NCBI GenBank assembly: GCA_036263495.1 | Contig: DATAGU010000224.1 | Span: forward strand, 55,408 to 119,407 | Source: Polyangia bacterium | GTDB lineage: Bacteria > Myxococcota_A > Polyangia > Palsa-1104 > SHYY01 | DNA: 64,000 nt | Reading direction: 5' to 3' | Shown here: positions 27,997 to 42,731 of the stretch, piece by piece | Layout of the letters: each line of letters opens with the position of its first letter | Numbering within the stretch: the stretch's first letter is position 1 | Notes under the pieces: model-generated | Databases searched by the model: none | What the model was told of the DNA's origin: nothing | Seen by the model: the letters and a program-made list of their open reading frames with translations, nothing else | Made by a program: the position numbers and the translations under genes

Positions 27997-29286
27997 GTGG
28001 TGGACTCGACGTATAGATTGGCTCGTCCGTGGACGACGACGGGGGGGAGAGCGACCGGCGAGGGGAGCGCGGCTGCGGTCTCCGAACTCGAGGGATATTT
28101 GCTCAAGGGGCGTTACCGTGTCGAGGCGCTTATCGGCCGCGGCGGGATGTCGCTCGTCTATGGGGCGACCGATCTGCTCTTCGGGCGCCGCTGCGTGGTC
28201 AAGGTGGCGCTCGGTGAATCGTGTCGCGCCCGCATCGAGCGGGAGGCGTTCATCGGCGCGAACCTGCGGGGGGATGGGTTGGTCGAGGTGTATGACCGCG
28301 GGTGTCTGCCCGATGGGGAGACCGCGTTCGTCGTGTTCGAGCGCCTCCAGGGCGAGACGCTCGGGCAGCGGCTCGGCCGGGGGGGGCTCCTGTCCTGGCA
28401 GGAGGCCTTTCATATCGCCCGGGAGGCGGCGGTCCCGCTCGCGATCGCCCACGAGGCCGGCGTCGTTCACCGGGACGTCAAACCGGAGAACCTGTTCCTG
28501 TGTGTCTCGGGCGAGGTGCGGCTGCTCGATTTCGGCATCGCTCGGGTGGCGGGCGATCCGCCGCTCACGGGCCCGGGGGAGCTTCCCGGGACGCCTCGCT
28601 ACATGGCCTACGAGCAGGTGGCGATGCCCCATGCGGTCGATCACCGGGCCGACATCTATGCGCTCGGATTGTTGCTCCGTGCCGCCGTGGCGGGCGACAT
28701 CGCCTTGCCCCAGCCGGGCGTGCTCGAGCCGCTCGCCTTTGCCCGCGTCCTGCGACAACAGCTCGACCTGCGGGTCCTCGCGCCCTGGCTGCCGCACAGC
28801 GTCGCCCTGGTGATCGAGCAGGCCTGTCACAGGGAGCGGGAGCGCCGGTATCAGACGATGCGCGAGTTCCGGCGCGCACTCGAGATCGAGCTCCGGCGCC
28901 AGGGGGGGATCGTGGAGTTCCAGGTGCCTCCGCCCCAGCATCCCCTCCTGAACTTGAAGGGGGCCCTGGGGCAGAGGATCGCGATCGGGTTGCTCGTGTG
29001 CCTGGGCGTCGCCGGCCTGCAAATGCTCCGGGGCCCGAGGGGGGGATCCGCCATCGTCTCCCCGGTGTGGGATCCGGCCGCGTCCTCCATCGCCCCGCCC
29101 GCGAAACGTCTTCCCCCGCGCCCGGCCCCGTGCGCCCCGGGAACGATGCCTCAGGGACAGGGCCAGGGGCAGGGGGGCCGGGAGCAGGGCCAGGGGGGAA
29201 AGAAGGTCCCTGCCGCGCGCGTACATGGGCAGGGCTCGAGAGCGCTTCACAACGAACTGATGGGTTTCGGGGGGGATCCCTTATGA
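27997..29286 (+). CDS. Ser/Thr protein kinase
   Basis: IGRGGMSLVY glycine loop, VVKV Lys, HRDVKPENLFL catalytic loop, DFG, APE-like (PRYMAYEQ); GTG start after GGAGG. Confidence 0.8.
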   Translation: MVDSTYRLARPWTTTGGRATGEGSAAAVSELEGYLLKGRYRVEALIGRGGMSLVYGATDLLFGRRCVVKVALGESCRARIEREAFIGANLRGDGLVEVYDRGCLPDGETAFVVFERLQGETLGQRLGRGGLLSWQEAFHIAREAAVPLAIAHEAGVVHRDVKPENLFLCVSGEVRLLDFGIARVAGDPPLTGPGELPGTPRYMAYEQVAMPHAVDHRADIYALGLLLRAAVAGDIALPQPGVLEPLAFARVLRQQLDLRVLAPWLPHSVALVIEQACHRERERRYQTMREFRRALEIELRRQGGIVEFQVPPPQHPLLNLKGALGQRIAIGLLVCLGVAGLQMLRGPRGGSAIVSPVWDPAASSIAPPAKRLPPRPAPCAPGTMPQGQGQGQGGREQGQGGKKVPAARVHGQGSRALHNELMGFGGDPL

Positions 29287-30197
29287 GATCGCTGTTTCTA
29301 CTCCTACTCCTGCTCCTGCTCCTGCCCGCTTCTGCCCGAGCGCAGGATGGAAAATCGTCGCAGTGGCATTTTCTGCGGGCCACCCGCCTGTTCGAGCACC
29401 ATCAGTTCCAGCGTGCGGCCGATGAGTTTCAGCGGGCCTTTCTGGCCGACCAGCAGCGGTCCTGGTTCCTCCAGAACATGGGATGGAGTTACGAGCGTCT
29501 CGCCGCAGAGGAGCCCGACCGCGCCATGGCCCTGCTGGACCTTCGGCGGGCCTTCGTGGCCTATCGCGACCACTACCTCGCGGTCTCGCAGCGTCTCCAG
29601 CTGAAGGCCCGCGAACTGATCTTCATGGGCCTGCCCCGCGGCCTGTGGCAGATGCCCGAGAAGCCCGACGGGCTCGAACGCGGCGATGGGGTGCTCCAGG
29701 CGACGTTGCTCTGGCCAGGCTCGCCTTCAGAGCCACCTTCCGATGCGCCGGTCGGTTCGCCGCCCGAGCCGATAAAAGATCCGCCGGCGCCGGGCTCTGC
29801 TCTGCACGCCAGGGAGCCGCCGGCGGAGCCTTCGGCGCAGGCGCCGCTCCAGGCGCTCCCCGGTGGAGAGTTCGATCGGGCCAGGGAATGCAGAGAACAG
29901 AAGATGCGGGCCGAGGAGGCGCAGCTCAAGCGTCGCGCCAGATGGCGGACCCGGCGGGTGGCGGGCCTGGCCACGCTGCTTCCAGGGGTGGGCATGGGCA
30001 TGCTCGGCGCCAATCTCCTCGGACGTCTCCCCGCGCTCCAGGAACGATTGGCCGGCCTGCCGCAAGGGACCGATACACCCGAGCTTCTCCCCCTCGTCCA
30101 GCGCATCGAGCGTCATTCCATCGCGAGCTCGGTCCTCCTGCCGGTGGGCCTGGCGCTGGTCAGTGTCGGGGTCGCCGTCCTCATCCCGTCCTGGTGA
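29283..30197 (+). CDS. secreted/membrane-anchored hypothetical protein
   Basis: MRSLFLLLLLLLLLPASARAQ signal peptide; C-terminal hydrophobic helix; ATG overlaps kinase stop codon region. Confidence 0.5.
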   Translation: MRSLFLLLLLLLLLPASARAQDGKSSQWHFLRATRLFEHHQFQRAADEFQRAFLADQQRSWFLQNMGWSYERLAAEEPDRAMALLDLRRAFVAYRDHYLAVSQRLQLKARELIFMGLPRGLWQMPEKPDGLERGDGVLQATLLWPGSPSEPPSDAPVGSPPEPIKDPPAPGSALHAREPPAEPSAQAPLQALPGGEFDRARECREQKMRAEEAQLKRRARWRTRRVAGLATLLPGVGMGMLGANLLGRLPALQERLAGLPQGTDTPELLPLVQRIERHSIASSVLLPVGLALVSVGVAVLIPSW

Positions 30198-30393
30198 CGG
30201 GGCCCCTGCGGGCTCGTTTTCCGGGACCGTTTTCGCTATCTTGCTGGCTACGTACGATGGCGTCCTGCCCCCGGGAATGCGCTGGCTGTCATCGGGGGGC
30301 GACGCGCCGCAGCCACCATCCATCGGTCCTGCTCGCATCCCTCGAGCAGGGGCCGTATCGGTCGTTCTCGTTCACCGAGTCACGGAGGACCTC

Positions 30394-32397
30394 ATGACAT
30401 CTCGCTGGATCTTGCCTCTCCTCCTCATGGGCTTTGGCGCCGCTGCCGCGGCTCCGCCCCGAGCCGCCACGCCCGCCGCGCCCGCCACGCCCTCGGCCAC
30501 GTACTCCGGCCATGGCGTGAGCAGCGTCTCTCCGGAGGTGTTGGCCAAGTTCGCACCGACCCCCCTGCCGCCCGAGCTCAGCCGGCGCATCCAGGCCATG
30601 CTCGACCTGCGCTCGCCCGCCGGCGGCCAGCTCACGCCCGACGGACGCCGGCTCTATTTCACCTGGACCGTCACCGGTGTCGCCCAGGTGTGGCGCCTCG
30701 ACGGGCCGCAGAAGTTCCCGATCCAGATGACCGGCGGCGAGGACGCCACCTCGCTCGCCGACATCACCCCCGACGGCAAGTACCTCGTCCTGTCGCGCGA
30801 CCGGCGCGGCGAGGAGAACCCGGGCGTGTACCTCCAGCCGGTCGAGGGCGGCGCGCTGCGCGTCGTCCAGCACAAGAGCGGCATCCAGACCAACTACTTC
30901 TTCACCAGCGACGACTCGCGCTACGTCTACTTCAACTCGAACGACGTCACGCCGGACTCCTACACCATCTATCGCTACGACATCACGACCGGGCAGCGCG
31001 AGCTCGTGTTCGGCGAGAAGGGGCTCTGGGAGGTGGACGATCATCAGAAGGACGGCCGCCTCCTCCTCGCCAAGCTGACCGGGGCGCTGTCTCGCGAGTA
31101 CTACGAGTACGATCCCGCCCAGAAGAAGCTCGTGCCGCTGTTCGGCCAGAACGAGAAGGAGGAGTACCGCGCGAACTACGGCGCCCAGCCGGGCGAGCTG
31201 CTCGTGCTGACCGCCAAATTCGGCGAGTTCCGCCGGCTCTACCGCTACCGCGGCGGCGACCGCTTCGAGCCCGTCACGCCCGACATCAAGAGCGACGTCG
31301 ACAACTACGCCATCGACGACGCGCGCCAGCACGTGCTCTACACCATCAACGACGGCGGCTACACCCGGCTCAAGGCCCTCGATGCCCGGACCCTCGCCCC
31401 GCTCGAGCTGCCGGCGTTCCCGGGCGCGGATCACGTCCGCATGGGTAGCCTGGCGATCAATGGCAGCCACGCCGTCCTCTCGATGGAGACGGCCAAGAGC
31501 CCACCGGTGAGCTACGTCTACGAGTGGCGGACCCGCAAGCTCACGCAGTGGGTCATGCCGAGCGCGCCCGAGGTCGACACGAGCCGGTTCGCCACGGCCA
31601 CGATCGAGACCTACCCGGCGCGCGATGGCACGCGCATCCCCATGCTGGTGCGGCGGCCCGAGCGCTGCGATGACGGCCCCTGCCCGGTGGTGGTGCACTT
31701 CCACGGCGGGCCCGAGGGGCAGAGCCGGCCCGGCTTCAACTCCCGCGCCCAGCTGTTCGTCGATGCCGGCTTCGTGTTCATCGAGCCCAATGTCCGCGGC
31801 AGCGAGGGGTACGGCAAGACCTGGCTGCACGCCGACGACGGCCCGCGCCGGCTCGATGTGATCACCGACATCGAGGACTGCGCCAAGTACGTGCGCCAGG
31901 CCTTTGCCAAGGACGGCAAGGCGCCCAAGGTGGGCATCTTCGGCGGCAGCTATGGCGGGTACTCGGTGCTCGTCGGTATGACCCTGTTCGCCGGGGCCTA
32001 CGACGCGGGCGTGTCCGTGGTCGGCATCAGCAGCCTGCTCACCTTCCTCAAGAACACCGCGCCCTACCGGCGCATCCTGCGCGTCACCGAGTACGGCGAT
32101 CCCGACAAGGACGCCGAGGCGCTGCGCAAGCTCTCCCCGACGACCTACATCGACCGGCTGAACGCCCCGCTCCTCATCATTCAGGGCGGCAGCGATCCGC
32201 GGGTGCCGGTGGGCGAGGCGCTGCAGATGCACGCCGCCCTCGAGTCGCGCAAGATCGCCTCGCCGCTCATCATCTTCGCCGATGAGGGGCACGGGGCGCG
32301 CAAGCGCGACAACCGGGTGCTCGAGCTCGGCCACTCGCTGCAGTTCTTCGAGACCCACCTCAAAGCCAAATCCCCGCCCGCCACCGCCGCCCGGTAA
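30394..32397 (+). CDS. S9 family serine peptidase (prolyl oligopeptidase/acylaminoacyl-peptidase type) with N-terminal beta-propeller
   Basis: Signal peptide, propeller region, GGSYGGY nucleophile elbow (GxSxGG), catalytic Asp/His region (IIQGGSDPRV...ADEGHG). Confidence 0.8.
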   Translation: MTSRWILPLLLMGFGAAAAAPPRAATPAAPATPSATYSGHGVSSVSPEVLAKFAPTPLPPELSRRIQAMLDLRSPAGGQLTPDGRRLYFTWTVTGVAQVWRLDGPQKFPIQMTGGEDATSLADITPDGKYLVLSRDRRGEENPGVYLQPVEGGALRVVQHKSGIQTNYFFTSDDSRYVYFNSNDVTPDSYTIYRYDITTGQRELVFGEKGLWEVDDHQKDGRLLLAKLTGALSREYYEYDPAQKKLVPLFGQNEKEEYRANYGAQPGELLVLTAKFGEFRRLYRYRGGDRFEPVTPDIKSDVDNYAIDDARQHVLYTINDGGYTRLKALDARTLAPLELPAFPGADHVRMGSLAINGSHAVLSMETAKSPPVSYVYEWRTRKLTQWVMPSAPEVDTSRFATATIETYPARDGTRIPMLVRRPERCDDGPCPVVVHFHGGPEGQSRPGFNSRAQLFVDAGFVFIEPNVRGSEGYGKTWLHADDGPRRLDVITDIEDCAKYVRQAFAKDGKAPKVGIFGGSYGGYSVLVGMTLFAGAYDAGVSVVGISSLLTFLKNTAPYRRILRVTEYGDPDKDAEALRKLSPTTYIDRLNAPLLIIQGGSDPRVPVGEALQMHAALESRKIASPLIIFADEGHGARKRDNRVLELGHSLQFFETHLKAKSPPATAAR

Positions 32398-32449
32398 CGC
32401 ACCGGCGAGATCCGCTCCCCCGGGAGCGTGAGCGGAGGCGGTAGCCGCC

Positions 32450-34606
32450 TCACCCCTCCCGCCGCATCAATCGCCAGCTGTTATGGATGCGCGGATCGCG
32501 CGCAAAGTCCTGCGGGATGGTCTGCCGCGTGATCTCCTCCACCACCATCTCCCGCAGCACCTCCTCGGCCATACGAAAGCGCCGGTAGTGGTTCGAGAAC
32601 ACCAGCACGCCGCCCGGTTCGAGGAGCGCCGCGGCGGCGCGCAGGAGCGCCTCGTGATCGCGCTGGACGTCGAAGGTCCCCTCCATGCGCTTGGAGTTCG
32701 AGAACGTGGGCGGGGCCACGAAGATGAGGCCGTAGCGCCGCTGCTCACGGCCGAGGAACTCGAGGCAGTCCGCGCGGACCCGCCGGTGCCGCCGCTCATC
32801 GAGCCCGTTGAGCGCGAAGTTGCGCCCCGCCCAGTCGAGGTACGTGTTCGATAGATCCACGCTGGTCGTGCTCCGCGCCCCGCCCGCCGCCGCGTACACC
32901 GAGGCCGTGCCGGTGTAGGCGTACAGGTTGAGGAACTCGCGCCCCGCGGCCCACTCGCGCAGCAAGGCGCGCAGCCGCCGGTGATCGAGGAACAGGCCGG
33001 TGTCGAGGTATTCGCTCAGGTTCACGAGGAAGCGCAGCCCGCCCTCGCGCACCTCGCGCCATGCGCCCTCCGCGGCCTGCCGCTCGTACTGCTCGAGCCC
33101 CCGCTGTCGGCGTCGCACCTTGACGAACATCACCTCGGGCCGGATCCCCAGCACCTCCGGCAGCACCGCCAGCGCGTCCGAGAGCCGCGCCGCGGCGCGC
33201 GCCGCATCCACCGTGGCCGGCGGCGCGTACTCCTGCACGTGCGCGGCGTCCTCGTAGAGATCCACCGCCACCGCGTACTCCGGCAGGTCGGCGTCGTAGA
33301 CCCGGTAGCAGCTCACCCCGTCGCGCCGCGCCCACTTGCCGAGGTGCCGCAGGTTCTTGCGCAGGCGGTTCTTGAATCCCTCCACCTCGGGTGAGGGCGG
33401 CCGCGGCCGCCGCCAGTGCGGCCCCTCCGCGTCTTTGGGTGGGGTCTCGTCCAGGGGATATTCGAGCAGCCGGCACTCGATGGCCCCGTTGTAGAGCACC
33501 CAGCGGCGCGACGGCCGGAGGCCCACCTGCTTGGCGAGCTCCCGCTCGCCCGTGAGCACGAGCGCGCGCCAGCCGGCGAACCGCCGCTTGAGCACGTCCC
33601 CGAGCGTGCGATAGAGCGCCGGGAGCGCCGCCGTCTCCCCAAGCCGTTCGCCATAGGGAGGATTGGTCACGAGGAGTCCCCGCGCCGGGAGATCCTCGGG
33701 CGGCGCCGCGTCGGCGATCGCGCGTTCTCCGAGCTCCACCCGGCCGCCCAGGCCCGCGCGGGCCACGTTGGCGCGCGCCAACCGCAGCACGGCCGCGTCG
33801 ATGTCATGGCCCAGGATCCGCGCCGTCGCGCCCGCCTGTCCGCGCCGTGCCCGCTCGCGCGCCTCGGTGCACAGGCGCGCCCACAGCGCGGCGTCGTGCC
33901 CGCGCCAGCCGAGGAAGCCGAAGTAGTCGCGCCCGAGCCCCGGCGCACGGTCCGTCGCCATGAGCGCCGCCTCGATGACCAGGGTCCCCGAGCCGCACAT
34001 CGGGTCCATGAGGGGCGCGCCTGCGGCGGCCAGGCGCGGCCAATCGCCGAGCAGGAGGATCGCGGCGGCCAGCGTCTCACGCAGCGGCGCCGCGCCCGCA
34101 TCGGTGCGGTAGCCGCGCCGGTGCAGCGCCTCGCCCGCCAGGTCGAGGCTCACCGTGGCGCTCTCCTCTTCGAGATGCACGTGCACGCGCACCGCCGGCC
34201 GCGCCGTGTCGATGGATGGCCGCGCGCCGTGCTGCTCGCGCAGCTGGTCCACGATCGCGTCCTTGGTGCGCAGCGCCCCGAAGTGGGTGTGCGTGATGGC
34301 CGCCGACGTCCCGGTGAAGTCGACCGCCAGGGTGCCGCGCGGGTCGATGTGGGCCGACCAGTCGATCCGACGCACCCCTTCGTAGAGCGCGTCCCCCGAT
34401 GGCGCGTCGAGGCGCCCAAGCATGAGGAGCACGCGGCTCGCCACCCGCGACCACAGACAGACCCGGTACCCGTCCTCGAGCGAGCCCGTGAACTCCACCC
34501 CGGCCCAACGCGGCGTCACATCGAGTGCCCCGAGCGCGCGCAGCTCCTCCGCCAGGACCTCTTCGGTCCCGCGGGCCGCCGTGACGAAATAGGAGAGCCT
34601 GCTCAT
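32450..34606 (-). CDS. rlmL: bifunctional 23S rRNA methyltransferase RlmKL (m2G2445/m7G2069)
   Basis: THUMP-like N-terminus, LVTNPPYGERLG (N6/N2 MTase motif IV), second MTase domain (FLNLYAYTGTASV); colinear with RlmKL. Confidence 0.85.
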   Translation of the reverse strand: MSRLSYFVTAARGTEEVLAEELRALGALDVTPRWAGVEFTGSLEDGYRVCLWSRVASRVLLMLGRLDAPSGDALYEGVRRIDWSAHIDPRGTLAVDFTGTSAAITHTHFGALRTKDAIVDQLREQHGARPSIDTARPAVRVHVHLEEESATVSLDLAGEALHRRGYRTDAGAAPLRETLAAAILLLGDWPRLAAAGAPLMDPMCGSGTLVIEAALMATDRAPGLGRDYFGFLGWRGHDAALWARLCTEARERARRGQAGATARILGHDIDAAVLRLARANVARAGLGGRVELGERAIADAAPPEDLPARGLLVTNPPYGERLGETAALPALYRTLGDVLKRRFAGWRALVLTGERELAKQVGLRPSRRWVLYNGAIECRLLEYPLDETPPKDAEGPHWRRPRPPSPEVEGFKNRLRKNLRHLGKWARRDGVSCYRVYDADLPEYAVAVDLYEDAAHVQEYAPPATVDAARAAARLSDALAVLPEVLGIRPEVMFVKVRRRQRGLEQYERQAAEGAWREVREGGLRFLVNLSEYLDTGLFLDHRRLRALLREWAAGREFLNLYAYTGTASVYAAAGGARSTTSVDLSNTYLDWAGRNFALNGLDERRHRRVRADCLEFLGREQRRYGLIFVAPPTFSNSKRMEGTFDVQRDHEALLRAAAALLEPGGVLVFSNHYRRFRMAEEVLREMVVEEITRQTIPQDFARDPRIHNSWRLMRREG

Positions 34607-34793
34607 GCGGATTCCTCCCCACCATAACCCGTCCTGAAGACTTCGCCGAAACACCGCGGTCATCATTTTCCTACCGCGGCGCCGCCAGCGACGGCGAGGA
34701 CAATGTGGGGTACAGCCGCTCGCTCGAATTCCTCGCTCGTCGCGCCGGAGCCTGCGCCAACTTCTCTTTCTTTAATAATGACTCGTGTTGGGC

Positions 34794-34891
34794 TCGTTCA
34801 CCCACGAAGATATTTTCGCAGTGATCTCGTTCACCCAAGAAGATATACTCACGGTGATTTCGTTCACCCGTGAAGATGACCCCTTTGCCCA
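34794..34891. repeat. three tandem 33-bp direct repeats (TCGTTCACCCANGAAGATA-core), third copy overlapping the P450 5' end
   Basis: Seen directly: ctcgttcacccacgaagatattttcgcagtgat / ctcgttcacccaagaagatatactcacggtgat / ttcgttcacccgtgaagatgacccc...; junctions create GTGAT-N5-TTCAC half-palindromes. Confidence 0.6.
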
Positions 34892-34905
34892 AAGGCAGTC
34901 CGTCC

Positions 34906-36330
34906 ATGTTCATATCCAAGACATCCGCCCTGTTGGATCCCTTGCGCCAGCGCCTCCTGTCTCGCCCCAAAGGCTATCCGCTCGTCGGACAGCTGCCCCA
35001 AGCCCTGGCCGATCCTCTGCACACCATCGTCCAGGCGGCGCTCAGCCGGCCGGGCGAGATCGCCACCGTGCGCCTTGGCCCCGCCACCATTTATCTGGTC
35101 AGCGAGCCCGAGCAGGTCCAAGAGATCCTCAGCGACAGCGGGCGGCGTTTTGCCAAGGGGGGGAGTATGTGGGAGCCCCTCCGGCGTCTGTTTGGATCCG
35201 GGCTGGTCACCGCCGATGGCGAAGAGTGGCTGCGCAACCGGCGTGTCATGCAGCCCATCTTCGTCTCCCGGCACATCACGGTGCTCGGGGACCTCGTGCT
35301 GCAGGTGGTCGAGGAGACCGCCGCGCGGCTCCAGCCCTACGCCGAGCGCGGCGCCAAGATCGATCTCGGCGCCGAGATGATGCTCCTCACGCAGCAGACC
35401 CTGGTTCGCGCCCTGTTCGGCGCCTCGGGCCTCCCCGGCAAGGCGGAGTCCGTCGGTGCAGCTATCCTGGAGGCCTTCCGCATCCTCAGCACCCGGCTCT
35501 TCGTCTACTTCCTCCCCAAGTGGGTACCCCTGCCCGGGGACACCGTGCTCGAGCGTGCCATTCGTACCATTGACGAGGGCGTGTTCTGGCTGCTCAGCGA
35601 GCGGCGTAACGACCCCGCGGACCACTCCGATCTCCTGTCGCTGCTCCTGGCCGCCCGCGACAACGAGACCCAGACCGGGATGACCGATCGACAGCTGCGG
35701 GACGAACTCGTGGTGCTGCTCGTGGCGGGCAACGAGACCACGGCACACACCATGAGCTGGCTGTGGTACCTGCTCGATCAGCATCCCGAGGTGGCTCGCC
35801 GGCTGCGCGCTGAGCTCGACGAGGTACTGGGCGACCGGGCGCCCACGGTCGCGGACCTGCCCAAGCTCAACTACATGAAGATGGTCCTGCAGGAGACGCT
35901 ACGGCTCTATCCCCCAGGCTGGATCCTGCCGCGCGCGGCCAAGGAGGATGTGACGCTCGGTGGTCGCTCGATCCCCAAGGGCTCCACGGTTCTGGTGTGT
36001 ACCTACGCGACGCATCACGATCCCCGGTGGTGGGACAACCCCGAGCACTTCGATCCCGAGCGGTTCGCTCCCGAGGCGGTCGCGCGCCGCTCGCGCTACA
36101 CATACTATCCCTTCGGTGGCGGGCCGCGCCAGTGCATCGGCATGCAGTTCGCGCTCCTCGAGGCGCAGCTCATCACCGCTATCCTGGCGCGGAGGTTCCG
36201 TTTCCGGCTGTCCCCCGGTCACCCGGTCGCCCCCGGCGTCGCGACCACGCTCAAGCCGCGCCATGGGATGCAGATGTACATCTCGCTGCCCCAGCCCGAG
36301 TCGAACGCCCGCGTCGCCATGCGAGGGTGA
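34906..36330 (+). CDS. cytochrome P450
   Basis: AGNETT (I-helix), ETLRLYPP (ExxR), FGGGPRQCIGMQFA heme-thiolate loop; start set at first ATG outside the repeat (ORF-track ATG 34870 lies inside repeat 3). Confidence 0.85.
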   Translation: MFISKTSALLDPLRQRLLSRPKGYPLVGQLPQALADPLHTIVQAALSRPGEIATVRLGPATIYLVSEPEQVQEILSDSGRRFAKGGSMWEPLRRLFGSGLVTADGEEWLRNRRVMQPIFVSRHITVLGDLVLQVVEETAARLQPYAERGAKIDLGAEMMLLTQQTLVRALFGASGLPGKAESVGAAILEAFRILSTRLFVYFLPKWVPLPGDTVLERAIRTIDEGVFWLLSERRNDPADHSDLLSLLLAARDNETQTGMTDRQLRDELVVLLVAGNETTAHTMSWLWYLLDQHPEVARRLRAELDEVLGDRAPTVADLPKLNYMKMVLQETLRLYPPGWILPRAAKEDVTLGGRSIPKGSTVLVCTYATHHDPRWWDNPEHFDPERFAPEAVARRSRYTYYPFGGGPRQCIGMQFALLEAQLITAILARRFRFRLSPGHPVAPGVATTLKPRHGMQMYISLPQPESNARVAMRG

Positions 36331-36348
36331 CGACCAATGAATGTAGAG

Positions 36349-40281
<3,933 letters not shown>

Positions 40282-40736
40282 AGAGAAAGCATATCTCAAG
40301 CCACACTCGAGGTGACGCATAACGGCAGATGACCTTATTGGCGCCGGGTGGGGCGGGGTGGATCGGAGGGTGCGGTGGGTGGGCCCCGGCCAAGGCGATG
40401 AGGCCGGTTACGTAGGAAACGACCCAGGCAAACCACCTCCGTCCCCGGGCGGCATCGCCACGACCCGCCGAGCGCCCCCACCGCCTCGTAAACCTCGCCC
40501 GGCCGCGCTTGGCGGTCGATCGCCAGTCCCACCAAGAGCGGCCCCGGAGTGATAAGCCTCCGCACGAGTGGGGGCCGACGATCCCGAGAGGCCCTTGCCC
40601 CCCGACCAGTTCCTCTCGACGGGCCTCCCTACCCCTGGGGCGGCTCGTCTCTGGCCTTCCCCTTGGGCCGATGCAATAATGGGCTGGTCCGACGGTGGCT
40701 CGAGGACAGAGCCGATGCGCGTACGAAGGAGAGGAT

Positions 40737-41726
40737 GTGCCAGATAGAGTCCCCGTGGTGATTCGCGGCACCAGCAGCACGGCCCTGGGGGCTCGCCACG
40801 AGACAGGAGCGCTGATCCGGGAGGCCCTGCCCGGGAGCGATGTGGCCAACCTCCAGGCGCGGATCGGGATCGCGACTCGCTACTGGTTGACGCCGGAGGA
40901 GACGGCGGCGACGCTCGGGGCAGCGGCGCTCGAGGGAGCGCTCGCCGCCGCCGGGTGCACGGCGCGCGATCTCCAGCGGATCATCTTCGTGAGCTCGACG
41001 GGCGGCGACTGGCTCATCCCGGCCACGGCCAACGACGTGGCCGCGCTCTGCGGTTGCGACGACACGTGTGACGCCTTCGACGTGAACAACTCGTGCGCGG
41101 GCTTCGTCACCGCGCTCGACCTCGCCACCCGCTCCATCGCCACGGGCATGAACCTGGTCGCGGTGGTCGCCGCAGAGACGTTCTCCCGTTACCTCTCGCC
41201 CGCCATGCCCCGTCCCTACCTCGTGCTCGGCGACGCGGCGGGCGCGGTGATCCTCGGACGGGGGCGGGAGCGGGAGGAGGGCGGGGTACTCGCGACCTGG
41301 CTGCGCAACTCGAGCGCCCTGCGCGGACAGATGTCGACGCCCCACCCAGGGCTGAGCCGCCAGCCGGAGCTCATCCGGTTCGCCGCCTCGACCCCGGAGC
41401 TGGTCTCGAGCGCGCTCGAGGCCATCCGCACCAGCGCGGCCGCGGTGCTGTCACAGGCCGGGCTCACCTGGGCCGACGTAGACTGGTTCTTGCCGCACCA
41501 GCCCAACGGCGAGATGCTGCGGCTCATCGCGGAGAGCTTCCCGGGGGGGAGGGAACGAATGATGCCCGTCGTCGAAGAGCTCGGCAGCGTGGGTGCGGCC
41601 TCCATCCCCTTCAGCCTGGACAGGCTCTTGCGCACCCGGCGACCCCGCCCCAGGGACCGCATCCTCATGGTGGGCTTCGGTTCTGGGACGGCCTATGGCG
41701 CCGCCCTCTATCAGGTCGCCCCGTAG
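40737..41726 (+). CDS. 3-oxoacyl-ACP synthase III (FabH/KAS III)-like protein
   Basis: Thiolase fold with active Cys ([10 protein letters not shown]) and His ([11 protein letters not shown]); third triad position reads [10 protein letters not shown] instead of canonical GNTSAASIP; start uncertain (GTG chosen after AGGAG). Confidence 0.65.
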   Translation: MPDRVPVVIRGTSSTALGARHETGALIREALPGSDVANLQARIGIATRYWLTPEETAATLGAAALEGALAAAGCTARDLQRIIFVSSTGGDWLIPATANDVAALCGCDDTCDAFDVNNSCAGFVTALDLATRSIATGMNLVAVVAAETFSRYLSPAMPRPYLVLGDAAGAVILGRGREREEGGVLATWLRNSSALRGQMSTPHPGLSRQPELIRFAASTPELVSSALEAIRTSAAAVLSQAGLTWADVDWFLPHQPNGEMLRLIAESFPGGRERMMPVVEELGSVGAASIPFSLDRLLRTRRPRPRDRILMVGFGSGTAYGAALYQVAP

Positions 41727-41876
41727 ACCCCCGCATCGAAGAGCGCACTGCCATGGACCCATCCCTGCAGGGAGAGGATCGTGATCAATTGTTGGCGCCG
41801 CCCCCGCGAATGAAGACCGTGTTCCGGCTCCTGCACGAGACCCGCGGGCCGGGGGCCGCGCGCGCGCGAGGGACGA

Positions 41877-42731
41877 GTGTCTGAGCCACGAGACAGCGGG
41901 AGGGGGGGCAAGCAGTGGGCGGTCGTGCTGGGGGTGTCTTCGGGCACGGGAGCAGCGGTCGCGCGTGCGGTGGCGCGCGATCCAGGGCTGAACGTCTTCG
42001 GCGTGCACCGGGGTCACTACCCCGACCTCGCCGAAGGCGTGGCGCGCGACGTCCGCGCGACCGGGCACCAGGTTCATCTCCGGTGCGGTGACGCCGGGAC
42101 CCCCGAAGGGGTCGTCCAGGGGGCCGACGAGCTCCTCGCGGTGGTCGGAAAGCACAGCGTCCGGCTCATGGTGCACTCCATCGCCAACGCCGCCGTAGGG
42201 CTCTTGGCCTCGGGCGGAGAGACCCAGCTCCGCGTCCAGCAGGTGCACAAGACCTTCGACGCCATGGCCCACTCCTTCGTGTACTGGACGCAGGAGATGC
42301 TGGCGCGTGAGCTGCTCGCCCCCGGGGCGCAACTGCTCGGCCTCACCAACCCGATGGACGAGCAGGTGGTGCGCAACACCGCTCTCATCGGGGCCACCAA
42401 GGCGGCGCTCGCGGTCTACGTGCGGCACCTCGCCCACGAGCTCGGCCCGCTCGGCTATCGCGTCAACTTGATCCGGTTCGGCGCGGTGCGTACACATGCC
42501 GTGGAACGGACCTTCGGATCGGCACGGCTCGCCGCGCTCGAGCAAGCCCTGCAGCGCAGCATCCCGGCTCGCCGGCTATGCACACTCGAAGAGGTGGCGC
42601 GACTGGCGGCGCTGCTCGCGGGGGATACCTTGTCGTGGTTCAACGGCGCAGTCATCGATTTCACGGGCGGTGAGTCCCAAGGATTCTTTGACCCCCTGAT
42701 CGAAGCCCTGAGGGAAAAAGGCAATGGATGA
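41877..42731 (+). CDS. SDR-superfamily enoyl-ACP reductase-like protein (FabI/FabL-like)
   Basis: Rossmann N-terminus (VVLGVSSGTGAAVA); LIGATKAALAVYVRHLAHEL resembles the FabI MGxAKAxLEAxVRYLA block; assignment tentative. Confidence 0.55.
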   Translation: MSEPRDSGRGGKQWAVVLGVSSGTGAAVARAVARDPGLNVFGVHRGHYPDLAEGVARDVRATGHQVHLRCGDAGTPEGVVQGADELLAVVGKHSVRLMVHSIANAAVGLLASGGETQLRVQQVHKTFDAMAHSFVYWTQEMLARELLAPGAQLLGLTNPMDEQVVRNTALIGATKAALAVYVRHLAHELGPLGYRVNLIRFGAVRTHAVERTFGSARLAALEQALQRSIPARRLCTLEEVARLAALLAGDTLSWFNGAVIDFTGGESQGFFDPLIEALREKGNG

